Assembly (NCBI GenBank): GCA_002633005.1
Contig: NMRA01000315.1
Coordinates: 102,452 to 166,451, forward strand
Source of the DNA: Phoronis australis
Lineage: Eukaryota > Animalia > Phoronida
Length of the DNA: 64,000 bases
Direction: 5' to 3'
The notes under the pieces are model-generated. The model was not told the origin of the DNA. It ran no database searches and saw only the letters and a list, made by a program, of their open reading frames with translations. Shown piece by piece: positions 50,215 to 63,440 of the stretch (position 1 is the first letter of the stretch; the number at the start of each line of letters is the position of its first letter). The position numbers were made by a program, and so were the translations under genes.

Positions 50215-51112
50215 ATGCTACGAATAACGTTGTTCTTCATTGCTGGTGAGTGTACGGTAGTGAATCTTGCCTCCTTGTATCTGTTTGCAATGGATACGGT
50301 GCTTGCATGTCAGCCGTTTGTTTACAAACAACTTCTGCTTTTACGACCATTCGACGAGCTACCGAGATTGTCTGTGAAAGTATCCCTTCCTCACCAAGAT
50401 TCAGTGAGGTGTACGCAGAATGTTTTCGGTTAGAATTGTGAAGTCAATGGACAAAGTATTTCAAAAAAACTAAAAATTTATTTTGAGAAAACAAATCAGC
50501 TTTAAGACATCGACAATGGAGCTTTTGATTTAGATAAAAATGGTATCAACTTATCTCTCAATCGGATTCAAAAGAACTGACAGTTCATAACTTCGTTGGA
50601 CCCTTGCCAGCACATACATGTAAAATGTCCCGCGCTAACAAGCCAATTAACTTTAACGGATTGTATAGGGATAGCATTCTCTTTTGTCCCACAGTTAAGA
50701 CAGCGCATTGTTTTCCTTGGCTTCGTCTTGGAATGCCAAGCACATTTTTACAGGAGTCATGTCGGAAGCACCCGGGGTCTGTGGTCGTGAATATACCTCA
50801 GATTTAACAGTTGTAAAGGTTTCTTCACAAAGGAGGACTCGGTTCGGTTAAAAAGTAATCCATCGAACTTGTTTCATCCACTCGCTCCGCCTTTTCTTGT
50901 CTTTGGTTAATATACAAGAACTTAAATTCACCCCATCCACGGGTATTTGTCAATTTTACCCTATTTTCTACCATCGGAGTTGCATAGGAAGGACGGATAG
51001 ACAAAAAGAAATACGACACCAACAAAAAACATGTAGAACTCCAATGGTGCGAAAACGAGACTACAAAGTGCTTGACGGATATATTGGGTTTGTGGGAAGA
51101 TAACGCAGAAAT
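50215..51112 (+). CDS. Candidate small secreted protein, exons 50215-50245, 50754-50818, 50988-51112 (3' end unresolved)
   Basis: Phase-compatible GT-AG exons give MLRITLFFIAGVMSEAPGVCGREYTSDLTVVKEGRIDKKKYD..; tataat lies 40 bp upstream. The second donor (gtttct) is weak. Confidence 0.35.
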
Positions 51113-53699
51113 GTGAGTGTTGCCGTGTAATCAAGGACGGCCCTTTTCGTAGAGCCTAGACTCAACCGATAATGAACTTTCAGTTCTTTCAAACCCCTTA
51201 CAACAAAAGTTGTTTTCTGTGAGTGAAAGTGAGATTGCATATGGGTCAGTTATAAGTAAGACCTCCAATTAATTTAAAGTCTCCAAACAAGTTGTGGATG
51301 ACAGTCTTTGTTATAATCAATGTTTTAATAAGATAAAGCATCTTGAATGGCCTACTCATTTTAAATAATATCCGGAAAGCCCAAGTTCGATTCATCAGAA
51401 TACACGGGAACGTCCAGACCAGTTATTTCGGAATTTTGACTTTGTGATCAAGGGCACTGAAACTATAAATTGACCCATTTTAACATGATGCTTCCGGTAG
51501 CTTCAAACACGTTGCGAATTATGAGTCCTTGTTGGTTTCAATCATAAAACTTTCCATGCTGGGACCAGTTTCGTTTCCCGATACTAATTTCTTTAATTGT
51601 ATTGTATCGTATTGTAACCAACGTGAAAGTGTAAAAACAAATTTCCTGACGTTTCTGAAACTTCTGAAAATATAATTGGGAAATGTTGATATATCTGTAG
51701 AGGCGAGTTGTATGAGAATTGTATTAATAATGCTTAGAACAGCCTCAGCCTCATGTCTTGAGAGAATTTCATATTTAAGTGAATTATTATCCATCACACA
51801 CCCTTCTTGAAAACAAATGTCTTAGTCTTTGAAATGATAACAATCAATTTCCCTTTCTGGCAACATTCATATAAAATGTTCATTTTTTCTGCGGTCCTTC
51901 AACACTACATGAAAGTAAAACCAAATCATCTGATTTAGCAAACAGCATATTATGCAATAATTCAGCTGACTCCTTGGAAATTTTTTCGCTGCTACCGGAT
52001 TTTAATTCTTGCCCTAAATCATTTACAGTATAAACAAAATAAACAAAATGGTGAAAGTTGAGAACCTTGTTTTAGACCATTCTGACAATCCAACAACTCC
52101 GTACAGCTCCAATTATTCCATCCCACGCACCTTTATCTTCAACCTGCACTGCCTTTATTATCCTGTACATCTTTCATTGTATATGATTGTTATTTAATTT
52201 AAAACATAATGCCTTGTATAAATACTGTCGAAAGCGGCTTGGAAATCCTCGAAAGCACACTAGAATGTACCTTTCTCTCGTGGGAAGTATGTTGTAACGA
52301 ATATAAAGCAAACAGGTGATCCACCGTACTGTCCCCTTTCCTAAACACAGTTGAAGACATACTTATTACGTTTTCTTGATCCGAAGATTTTTGAAGTCAC
52401 TGTCATATTTTTGATTAATTATTATTTAATATCAACAATTCCAAACAGCACTTGTGAGAACAGTGCATCGAGCAAAGCAGATGAAAGTTTCATATGAATC
52501 CGATCATCTGTTTCTGAGGTGTGATGTTCCGAAATCGGCAAAGTTTTTCCATTTTTATGGGGCACCACACTTCTGTCTACTTTTTACTAATGAAGGGTCT
52601 CATGGCTCACCCATGTCTTGGTGGGGACAAAGGCGAAACTGCGCCCCGTCCCCTTCGTTGAGTCATTAGCTCTTACCTTGGTTCATGCAGATTAAACGAA
52701 ATCGCTCACACAGCAGCAGATTTTGTGTCCTTCCGAGGTGGACTTGAAATGACTCGGAACAAAGGGTATTTACACGTATATACACGCACACACGTATAAA
52801 CACGCATGCGCATCCGCACACACACGTGCACTCAAACGAGAAAACTGGTCTATTTGCATTTGTGTAATATCACACTTCCTGAATGCAATTCTATATGTTT
52901 TTGGGTTTGCCTTCTGGAAGTTGGACATTCAAGGTTGAATCACGTATCAACTAGACATGAAAGGTGAGGTACAGTTTCATTTTGGATTAGAATTAGGTTA
53001 AATCCAGTATATCATATTCTCTTTCAAATAAAAGACTGCGATTATGTATTACCATGTTGACATAGTCTGTGCAAAAAGCCAAAGGTTCTCAAAACTTTAC
53101 ATTTCACATTAGTAATAGTGTACGTTTATTGAAGTAAAATTAGACTTTTGAGTCTTTTACGAATGTACCATTGATTGCGTAACGTGAGCATATATTTTGT
53201 TAGTAAAATTTAGCAAAAGAAAGAACAGTACCTTGACATCAATACAACAGTGTGAATAACACGATAAAATTTATTATTTTGGTTGAGATCTCAAAAACGA
53301 TGCCAAAACATCATTTGGTTTTCCTTTTATGCATTTTTCCCTAAAAATAATAAAAGTCCAATGTTTGACCGCCTCTCCAGTGCTTGAAAGAATACACCTT
53401 AAGTTATCACAATAAAGCAATTGTGCCAGGGGTATATTCTAACTATAAAGATTCGAATAAGATGTTCCTCCAAAAAGGGCGCACTTTTGTAATTACAAGA
53501 TGAACTATCTATTTGGTTTAAAACTGGTCGCTGCAGCGGTAGTGGATAGCAGGCGCACGCGAACAGTCTCCAGATTTGAGCTTGCACACACAGAAAAGTA
53601 AAGCCGGGTTGTAGTGTATTTTCGTATACACTGTGCGTCGGAGTTAAAACCGTTCTTAACACAAGCGCGCACCTTTAAGACACAGCACACAAACTCTCA

Positions 53700-55846
53700 T
53701 CACGGATATAAAACTTCTGTCACGGAACCAAAATTCCAACCACTAATAGGCACTGTTACCACGGACAATATCCAGTGCAAGTGAGCGAAATGCGTGACCC
53801 ACTTTTCACGGTGACATGTCCGTTGGCGATCAGCCAACACTGCCTTATTCGTCCGTGATACGAATACCTGTGTGTCTGCTGTTGGTGTTTTGGTTACGTG
53901 GTAAGAGTGTTTTTTTTTTGTGCCGTGATTCTTTTGGCAGTTTGTGGTTAGCGTGCTCGTCCGTCGTAAGAGTAGCCTTTCCATTACTGAATTGTCTTGC
54001 ATTGTTACATACTGTTGCAGACAACCTGGGTTTACTCCTGGTATAGCTCATTGCCCTGACTTAGTTTAACACTCATAAAAGTAGATAGGTGAAACAAAAT
54101 GGAGCAACATGAGAGCTTACTAGAAGCGCGTTCTGTAGCCTGCTGGCTGGTACCCAGTGACATTTTCAGACAACCAACTCATGCAGTTGTTTAAGTGTAC
54201 ATCTTTCATTATTTATACTAGATATATGATGTTGCATCATGCTAGAGCTCGGATGGTGCAGGATGATGCGGATATATTTTCAGGAAATTGTAAACTTTCG
54301 AAATAATTGTGATACATCTAGATGTCTCCACCTTACGCCGCGGTCTTCTTGGCAGCGCCAGTACCTACGGCCGGCTTCCCGAATCGCCGAATTGTAAACA
54401 GTGGCTATGTTTGCAGCTAATAGCACGCAAAATATTCCTAAAAATAATGAATTTGTTCGGAAGACGTTTTCAGTGATAACAGTCCTAAACTCACTTTGTT
54501 TGTCCTACATGTAAACTAAATTCCACTACAAGCCATATATCCCACGGCAAGAAACAACAGAAGGACAGCTATCCAGGCATAGAAAGCGGTGCAAGCATAG
54601 CCACTGGCAAACCCGTTAGGGCTTTATTTATTGCCGAGACAACTTCACTTGCTTTCGGTGAAAAGGCCAATACTCCGTATTTCCTATATCAAGGTGACTA
54701 TTTTTGTTCCTAAAATCGATATTATGCAGTTTAAATATCATTCTATAACATTTTAAACATTTTTATCAAGTTCTCTTCTTGAAACGTGCTGCATAGCAGC
54801 TTTGCGAAAGGTTACTGAAATGAAAATCAGAAAGCGCCAGACAATTTCTTTATTTGTAGCGTAAAGTCATAGTCTACACGTATGTATTACACAGTTGAAC
54901 GTGGTTCCTTTTCAAGAGAAGGTTGTCCCGAAAATCTGAAAAATATAATCAATACATAAAGAGCAGCAAATGGGAAGACTGTGATGCACAATTACTAATT
55001 AATAACAAAAAAGTGCCGTTTACTCTTCAAAAGTTGACACGGATCAGCTGACACGGAACGAGTTATTCCAGTGTGTAAACGGGAATGACACGGAGAAAAT
55101 TGACACCGCGGTGACAAATTTTGCCACCTGCTTGTGAGGTACAGCAATTTGCGCCCGAAAAACTTGCTCCGTGTCAGTTATATGTCTAAACGCGAAACTG
55201 GGGCCAGGCGGAAAGGATCATCTCTAGTGCTCTTGCAATATGACCTACGTACGGGTTCTTTGTCTCTGCAACTCTCGTCATTTATAAACCTGCGCATGTG
55301 TGATCCACTCTCCAGCCTACAATTTCCGTCTTGCCACAGTTAGTGAGTAGTGTGTGTAAACGGCCGCTTGTCACGGGTCAGTTTGCTCCGTGTCAATTGC
55401 GCCGGGCCAAAAGTTGATGTCTAAACGAGACTCTAGGGACAGGCTTTATCGGAAGGTGTAACCCGCAAGGATTTTGACACTTCACGTTTAATAATATTCA
55501 GTAATGAGCCCTGTCAAAGTTTAAAAGAGAAACGTGGACTCAGCAGCTTTTGAATTTATAAGTTGACCCGATATTCATGCTACAAAAGTGCTGAGAGTTT
55601 TGACGTGTTTTTCTTCAGAAATAGAGAGGTTTTAGGAAACGTACAGGTAGAAGAAGAATCCCCGATTATCGTATGCAATAAATCATTTTTATGCGTCCAC
55701 ATACGTGTATACATACACTGTTTGTGGGTGCACGCTTTCGTCATCTCTGTCTGGCTGTCTGGATCGTAATAAAATTTGTGAAACTGACGACAGATGGCGA
55801 CGAATTTTGGACCGATCCGACCAAAGCTGTTCCGCCTTGGTGGCAT
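53700..55846 (-). CDS. Candidate 173-aa basic protein, exons 55846-55717, 54416-54337, 54011-53700
   Basis: aaaaATG start, donors gtatgt and gtaagg, compatible phases (1, 0) and an open 522-nt join. No recognisable domain; the third acceptor is weak. Confidence 0.35.
55012..55433. mobile_element. Probable PIF/Harbinger-type MITE
   Basis: Imperfect inverted ends agtgccgtttac / gtctaaacgagact. Internal reiterated gtgtaaac/gtctaaac and tgacacgga/tccgtgtca motifs occur in inverted arrangement. Confidence 0.45.
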
Positions 55847-56837
55847 TTTTTACGTTTTCCTGTGTATCTTCCTTGATGATTTTCAGAAAATTTGGAAGCA
55901 CTTTTTTGCAGCTGCCTTTCTATGACTTCCAAACCCCGATAACTCATTTTGTGGGTACCCACGAGGTCCCGAGTCATTCAGTGTTACGTATCTAAACCTG
56001 AACAACTAAGTAAAACTCAAATACATGACAAGGATCTTTATTCAGAACCCAAACAATCGTTTAAATTGTGGTCTGCAATTGATCAATATACGATTTCTCA
56101 CGGATCAAACAAAAACCTTAACTGATCTCAGGCGTACTTTCTGAAAACGCCTCTTTGGTTCGAAAATTGAATTTATATGTTGGTAAGTTTGCATCGTACT
56201 TTGATGTTTAATTAATGCAAAATGGTAAGGTCACGTAATAAACGTTCGCAATTTGTGCTAAGAGTAAACTATGCAAAACACAATTTTAACTTGTTGACGC
56301 TACAAGCTATTTTTGCCGTCAGGTGATAACAGGTAAAAGAACTGAACGTCCGGGTCTAGAATGGAACTGCAGCGTACTGTAAATGTAGTCGAGCTGAATG
56401 GATCAGCTAGAGTGATTTGACTCAAATGAATGTCGGAGTTCACTCAAACAGCAAATATAGTTTTCTTGGCATCGCACAAGGCTAATGGAGGTAAGCAGTT
56501 ACCTTACTATAAATTGTAATTGTACTTTGAATTTAAGGGAACGAATGGTTGGAAAATTGAGTGGGTGATGCCGCTAGCCGGGACTCCGTGACATCTCGGG
56601 CCTGCGAAGTCTCTTGTATAATAAGACTGCGTACACTGCTTTCGGAACTTTATATAAATTGTGCAAACGTTTGAGTCACGAATTGGTAGGCGATATCGTC
56701 TTTAATTACTCGACTGTTAAGAATGGACGAGAGCAATATATGTCAGTAACAAATCGACAGAAGGAATATTCTTTTTCAAAAACTGTATAATAAATTTGAG
56801 TACGCTGCAGCAGGAGAAAGTGCAACAATCAAATAAT

Positions 56838-56846
56838 TCACTGATC
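56838..56846 (-). CDS. Secreted EF-hand gene, probable terminal coding mini-exon (DQ*)
   Basis: gttgcttgtag|gat cag tga, phase 0; an alternative acceptor near 55998 would give V*. Confidence 0.4.
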   Translation of the reverse strand, partial: DQ

Positions 56847-56971
56847 CTACAAGCAACTACCCTTGTCGGATGAGTGAGTGAGGGCCGCGCGAGCAGAAAA
56901 CAACTGAGACGAACTGTAATGAGTTGCTTCAGTCATTTTCCTAACTTCCAGCTACTCGTGAGAGTACTCAC

Positions 56972-57024
56972 CGCATTAATAAATGAAAAAAACTCCGTAA
57001 GCGTGAGTCTGTTGTCGCCATTAC
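56972..57024 (-). CDS. Secreted EF-hand gene, exon 4
   Basis: tttttgttttgacag| completes EF loop DGNGDNRLTLTE, then FFSFINA |gtgagt. Confidence 0.85.
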
Positions 57025-57779
57025 CTGTCAAAACAAAAATAGGATTATGGGTGTTTAAAAACTTACAGTTGGATGACATTAACACTCAAACACTGGGAAG
57101 GGTGACAATGGGAAAATCGGCGGAAATACATGAATGGGAGATTGAATGATTCAAACCTCAATGCTAGTCATGTAAGCAGGTGGCTAAGTGCAATAAAACT
57201 TTTTGTTGCATTGAAAAACTCATGGAAGACTGAAAACAAACTAAGAACGTTTTTTTTTTTGAATTGATTTAAACCTACAATCATATTTGACAGGGAGTTT
57301 ACAATAGGTCATTCACGTGTGTATTCTGAGAATATGGACTACTCAATAACAGTACACATTCCAAGATGAGCCAACCAGTTAAGGCATCCAAGTTGAGACT
57401 AAACAATATAGGTGTCTCTGATTGGGCTAACTGCATTTGAAAACTATAATAAAATAACTCCAAATGACCAACAGGAAACCTGTTTTAAATTTACAGTGAA
57501 ATGGCAAAGGGAGAATATAGGAAGCCCAATGAATGTGAAATTGTACTGTAGCGGACAGCATGGTTAAACGCTTTATCGGGAACTGATAGATTCGGGTGCT
57601 GTGAATAAGCCGGTGCGCATTGATTTACGTAGCTGTTACATCGCAAGTTTTCACAGACGTGCCTCCCGTTGCTGGAAATCTTATCATCAGCAATGAACAT
57701 TAGAGGGACTTAAGATAATTAAATGTATCTCAAACCTTATTCATAAAACGTAACCGTTTTTACAATTTTTCAAATGTGT

Positions 57780-58352
57780 CTAGCCGAGTACCTTATTTCC
57801 ATTCTCGGGAAAATTCAAATACGAAAAATATACGGTGTAACATGAACAAAAGATTTAGCAGAACCACCTTCAACTGCTTGGAAATTTGTTTACAAATAAG
57901 CGAGGTCAAAGNTTATTCACTGATTCTCCATAATATTAAATCAACGAGTTGTATATAGCATTGAAGAAAATGGACAGTAAAAATCGAGTCGGTGGTTAAA
58001 GCGTACCGCGAGCTCCTTATCGAAATGTCAAATTACCGATCAAATTAATGAATTTGAGTGGAGATTTAACTTTTTCCACAGTTTACTGTGTTCTTTAATA
58101 CAAAGTCACAGAGCCGGTGTCGCAACTCGGACTCGGTGCATTTGTTCTTAACAGTCATAAGCAGAGGTACAAATCCCTCAAGATGAAAACTACGTTTGGT
58201 CTTCTTTTTCCGCGGCACGTTCATGGTTTCTTGTTATCAACCTCTCCTGCGCTTGGGACACACAATGAACTGTTGACATATTTAACTGCTGACCCCGCCT
58301 TGACCTAGTTGATCCGAGGCACATCCACAAAATTTAAACGCCACAGCGCCAA
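57780..58352. repeat. Dispersed ~0.6-kb repeat, copy 1 (intron 3 of the EF-hand gene)
   Basis: Flanks align directly with 60465-61058 (accttatttccattctc..; ttgacctagtt..cgaggcacat.cacaaaatttaaacg); the central part aligns inverted. Confidence 0.7.
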
Positions 58353-58437
58353 TAAGTGTCTGAGGAAACACCAAGCAAATTGGAAATGATAGTAAGTTAA
58401 AAGTTGAAATAGATCCCAATGTTGGTGTAGTCCATAC

Positions 58438-58572
58438 CATCATGACTGTTGAAAGTGTATGAAATTTCGGCATTGGTAACAACTTTGCTGTCGTCGCTGT
58501 CCAAATATTCGAATATCATCATGTTGGCATCACCCAAATCCTCCATTTCCTCTTTCGTGATGACTGCGTCCT
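58438..58572 (-). CDS. Secreted EF-hand gene, exon 3
   Basis: ttattttccttag| completes loop DINEDAVITKEE and contains loop DSDDSKVVTNAE |gtatgg; phase 1 to 1. Confidence 0.88.
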
Positions 58573-59750
58573 CTAAGGAAAATAACGTCGTTTGCATTAT
58601 GTGTATGTACATGAAGGTCAAAAACTACTTAGCGACAGCTTGCCTAAAGATTATAAAGTTTCATGGTGATAGGGTCACGTGGACGAAAGAAACTTGTCAT
58701 GACAGTTCATGTACTGTAATATTTCGCGGTATCTCACAACGTCTTGTGTATTCTTGTGTTTGCGTGAGGGGAACCGTTATCGCCTTTTGCCTTCTTAAAA
58801 ACAAAAACATTAAAACATTCTAAAGATGGATAATAGGTGAAGTTTCAAGAAAAGCTGAAGAAAGTGAGGCAGCAGAACCTGGGTAAACTTGAGTTTGATA
58901 TACATGTACGTGCACGTGATTTGTGCCATGAATTAGTTTTTATATTTTGCACAGCTTCTAACCTGGTTGATCTGGCGGCTCCACGAGATCTGTCTGTCCT
59001 CATGGGCATAAATTCGAGGGGAGGGGTGGGATTTGTAAAACCCCGATATTTGGTCACGACTAAAAAATGATGGGCAATGACACGGAGAGGAGGTTCGACA
59101 AAGCTAGAGGTTCCTTCAAACGAGAGTTTGAATAACGTGGTCTCGTGCACACTTTTCGTGCGTTATTTATTTGAAGTTTCCTCTGTTCTTTAACTGAGGG
59201 TTTTGCTAGCATTACGAAGATTTGTTATCTTTCTATCTCAGAACAATATTTTTAAAGCGGTATTCTTGGAAAAAATGAATGGCGTATGAATCTTTGGCGA
59301 AGGTGGCCGACACAGTGAGAACGTTTTAATATACTAATAAATTTGACCATCAAGGTTTTATAAACGTCCATCTTTATTACAAGTATTCGAGGTTTCACAG
59401 CTTCCACTGAGGTGTTTCATCCCGAGGATGAACACACACACAACATGCAAAGCATACAGTATGGCCGGAATATCATTTGCAATTAGGATCACTAAGTCGC
59501 CGTACTGAAAAAAGGTTTTACCGCAAAACATACGCCAAAACAAAGGTTTTCAAATATGGCTTAAATATTTTAAGGGACCTAAATGTTTTTTGGCCAAAAG
59601 TGTGCGTTTTGCAGGTACATGTATCCGCTGTTTATGTGATTTTAATAGAGTGATCGTCGATATCCGAGATTTCCAGGCATTTGGTGGAATTAACTGAAAG
59701 CGAGGTTGACGACCTTGGTTAATAAATATTACATACTTGGCACTTAGCAA

Positions 59751-59798
59751 AGAGAGAGAGAGAGGGGGAGGGGAGGGACAGGGAGGGAGGGAGGGAGA
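59751..59798. repeat. (GA)n/(GGGA)n microsatellite
   Basis: agagagagagagag..gggagggagggaggga. Confidence 0.9.
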
Positions 59799-59958
59799 CA
59801 GCTAGACAGACGTTTATGCTGTAGCAATCGCCCTATGTATATCACCACAATGACGAACACGCCTGCGAAGTGACGAGACGGTCGAAGTGACCAGACCGGT
59901 CGAAGCGACGACATCAAAGGGTGAGGGATGGTAAGGGTTCGAGCATAAGGAAACATAC

Positions 59959-60074
59959 CATTAATATCGGCTTCCATTAGTACGTCAGAGAATTCGCTGA
60001 CAGTCAATTTCATGTCATCGTTGGCATCCATCTTGTTGAACAAGCCAATGACATCCTGGCGAAAGTCTTCCAAC
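59959..60074 (-). CDS. Secreted EF-hand gene, exon 2
   Basis: cattttag| LEDFRQDVIGLFNKMDANDDMKLTVSEFSDVLMEADIN |gtatgt; phase 2 to 1. Confidence 0.88.
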
Positions 60075-60378
60075 CTAAAATGTATACAGGTCACAGGTCA
60101 TATTTTTGCATTCAAAATACTAATACTAATGTGATAAACTTTCTGAAGTCTTGATTGCTATGACACATTCTAGCCTTATTGTGTTACGCTAAATCACTTA
60201 TTTTTGAGCAACAGTTGAACCCCTCAATTCCATGAAACCATCACTAGTCTTAGTTTGTGTACCTTATTTTACGTCCACTAGCAGCGTTGTTGTACGTGAA
60301 CTCGTTTCCTCGTACTAACCTTTCATTTATGGGAAGAAGGTTTGAAATATCCTTAAACGAAATTTTCAAACCGTATTT

Positions 60379-60448
60379 ACACACAAACACACACACACAT
60401 ACACGCACGCACGCAAGCACGCACGCACGCACGCACGCACGCACACAC
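60379..60448. repeat. (CA)n/(GCAC)n microsatellite
   Basis: acacacacac..gcacgcacgcacgcac. Confidence 0.95.
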
Positions 60449-60464
60449 TCCCAGCTATATAGAA

Positions 60465-61058
60465 AAACACCTTATTTTCATTCTCACGGAATTTCAGATA
60501 CGAAATATATACCATGTATCGAAAAAAAATTCGCAGAAACATCTTCAACGGCGTAAAAAATGATTACTATTTATCGGAGGTCAAAGGTTACAGAGCTGTC
60601 ACTCAAATTGATTCTCCTGCCAGGCACAGATCACTTCCGGATGTATCATCAGTTCTTTCATTCAACCAGTTGACACATTGAATCAACGAGGTGTACGTAG
60701 TAACATGCCGCGGAAAATAAAGTTTTTATCCTGAGTCATGAACCGAGTCCAAGTCGCTGCAGCGCCTTCCTGACTTAGTGTTCACGAACGCAGCAAGTTG
60801 TAAAAAGACATAAATCATCACCGAAATTCATTACTTGATCGGTAATTTGAAATTTTGCTGTTTAGATGTCATGCCCATTGCTTGCTCACCACCGATTCAA
60901 GTTCTGTTGTCCATTTCGTACTTGGTACCATATCAGTCTCCTCGGCGCGTGGTGTAGGCGTATCATATTGAACTGTTGGCGTACACTTACAACTGAACCC
61001 GTGTTGACCTAGTTTGAGTCGAGGCACATTCACAAAATTTAAACGTTTTAGCGCTAAT
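60465..61058. repeat. Dispersed ~0.6-kb repeat, copy 2 (intron 1 of the EF-hand gene)
   Basis: Homologous to 57780-58352, with ~60702-60925 inverted. Confidence 0.7.
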
Positions 61059-63363
61059 TCAGTACGAGTAAATGTTCAAATGGCGAACGTGGTTAAGACA
61101 TTGTATAGTTTACATTGACCGAAAACAACTTTTCATTGAATATGTAAGCGATACCGTCAAATTTTGGGGACTCGCAATGTTTTCCGATATTTCTCAGTTT
61201 CGACAAAAATCGTCTGAATTTGAATTTAGGATCACGAGTTCTCGAAAACAGCTCCGCGAATTTCATTGAAACTTACCGATGTTAATATTTATTAAACTTT
61301 CACAAAATTCCTGTTAAGATTTTGCTTTTAAACGCTTGTTTTTTTTTGCAAATCGCAATACGTTTTCTTTCAGAAAATATATACTTCTACTTGTTGACAT
61401 ACCCAGTTTTTTGATTTACGAACTAAAATGAAGGTCTCTTAATCAGTTTTAAAATAACCTTAACCCCGCTCGTAATTTACGTTTATTAATGTTTTAAGTT
61501 TAAAGTTTACTAGCATATGATCGTTTGCTATACTGCATCATAGTGTTTTGTTGTTATGTAACTTGTAACGATTGAGTTGTGGTGGTTTAATCGAATGTGG
61601 TTCCCAGCGCCATGTACTTGTCGAGCGTAACATTGCGTAACGAATTGAACAATTTTTGGCATGATACCTTACAGACGTCATTATTGTTTTGTGGATAGCC
61701 GTCTGTTTTAGAAGAAATAAACTTTGTTTGATATTCTGGCCTATTACCGACGATAAGTCTTCCAATATCGCTCCACCCTCTACTTGCAAATTTCGGTCGG
61801 TGTTTATCCTTAGCTATGCATTCTGGATATAACTTGTATGCGTAATCCTACATTTCAAGCAATCTCTAATATTTGTGAGAAAAAATGTTTATTCAATTTC
61901 TGCACTCTGTGTCTTCAAGTTCACGGAGTTTCTGTTTTAAACTACTTTGATTGGGTACAAAAATAGAAGCATAGATGCAATGTAAAAACGTGACGATAAG
62001 ATAGATTCCCCAAGGCACTATGGCCATCAGAGAAATGTTCAGAAACTTATTGTAAAACAGCCGTTACCCGAGCTTTCGCTAGTATACATGTATGAGAAAT
62101 GCCTAGGGTAAATAGTTACATCTTCAAGTGAACGTCAGTGTCCATCGCACGAGAAAGGAATACTTCTTAACGAGACTGTGTTATTTTAAAGCTTCAATCA
62201 GAATTTCTGTCACTGTTAGATTTAGCCAGGGTGTGCGGCTGCGGTAATCTTTCCAAGGCAGTACAAATTTCTTTCCAGCATTTCAAAATACTGAATTGTT
62301 CACAAATTAGACAAAAGTCACATCGTGTTGTAGAAAGGCAGTTAGCTGTATCGCCACCATACCGCTACACTGTAGCTGGACGTGTGTTGAGCTCCGTTAG
62401 ACACCGAAATTTCACAAAACCCGGGTAGTTCAGCTCGTCACCTCGTCGTGAAACTTATATGTATATCGATATATAGAGCTCAATAACGACCGGTGAGGGT
62501 GCTTGCAGAACATGGGAATCAGCCGATACTCACATTCCCCGTTGCAGTCTTTTAAGTGAAAAACATGTTCTAATAAACCTCATTTTTGCGAAATTTTCCG
62601 CCTTTTGTAACTAAGAAAAGTCTGTGGTCGTTTTAAAATTTTGCGATCTTTCGGGAGATGATAACAGCTTCGCAGCAGCAAGATTTGTTCTGAAATTGGG
62701 TTTGCTGGTATTAAAACATTACACACTTGTAAGGAAATGAAACCAGTTCCGATAATTTTTTATGAGCTGTACGCATCCTCGTGGAAGTGAAGAAAAGTTG
62801 ATTGAAGAATCCGGAGAAATTGGCCAATATGGATGACGCATGGCGCCAAAAGCCAACCCAAAAAGCCATCGCAATTTTAGCAGCAGATTAACGGTAGAAC
62901 GCCGGTAAATAATTGAAATTACTCAAGGAAGAGTGTATTTTTAATGACATTTAATTAATTTTGGCGACCACAGCCCCAATGAATTATATAGTGTATGCGA
63001 CAGAAGCCGGAGGGACTGACGTCAACAAGGCAAGTACGAAGCTGGACACCCTCCCTCCGCGTCTGCAAAACAACGGACCGCGAGAAAAAACAGAACTCCT
63101 CGAATCTAAATAGGGGGTCAGTGCACTACCTGGGACCAAGGCAATGTCGAAACGGGCGCAACGAAGGATTGTGGAGAAGCGGGAGAGACGGAGTTTGCTG
63201 CGCGAACTATGCATTTTATATAATAGATAAGAAAGCTAAGACGTTGCTTCGGACGAGCAAATACTCCTGTGAAGATTGTTGGTGTTTTCAATCGTGGCAA
63301 ACTGTTTGATAGTGTCTTCCACGAATTTTCAAAGAACTTACAAGTGGCCAAAGCAATACTTAC

Positions 63364-63440
63364 GTATACGATGCAGCTCGTGTTTCATGAACAACTGAGA
63401 CGACGGCGAGAACCAATAAGCACGTCAAGGATGAAACCAT
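63364..63440 (-). CDS. Secreted EF-hand gene, exon 1 (signal peptide)
   Basis: caaaATG; MVSSLTCLLVLAVVSVVHETRAASY; donor ac|gtaagt, phase 2, matching exon 2. TATAAA lies ~40 bp upstream. Confidence 0.85.

Noticed and set aside
60250-60556. ORFs with RACV/THAR repeats
   Set aside because: Translations of the (GCAC)n/(CA)n microsatellite
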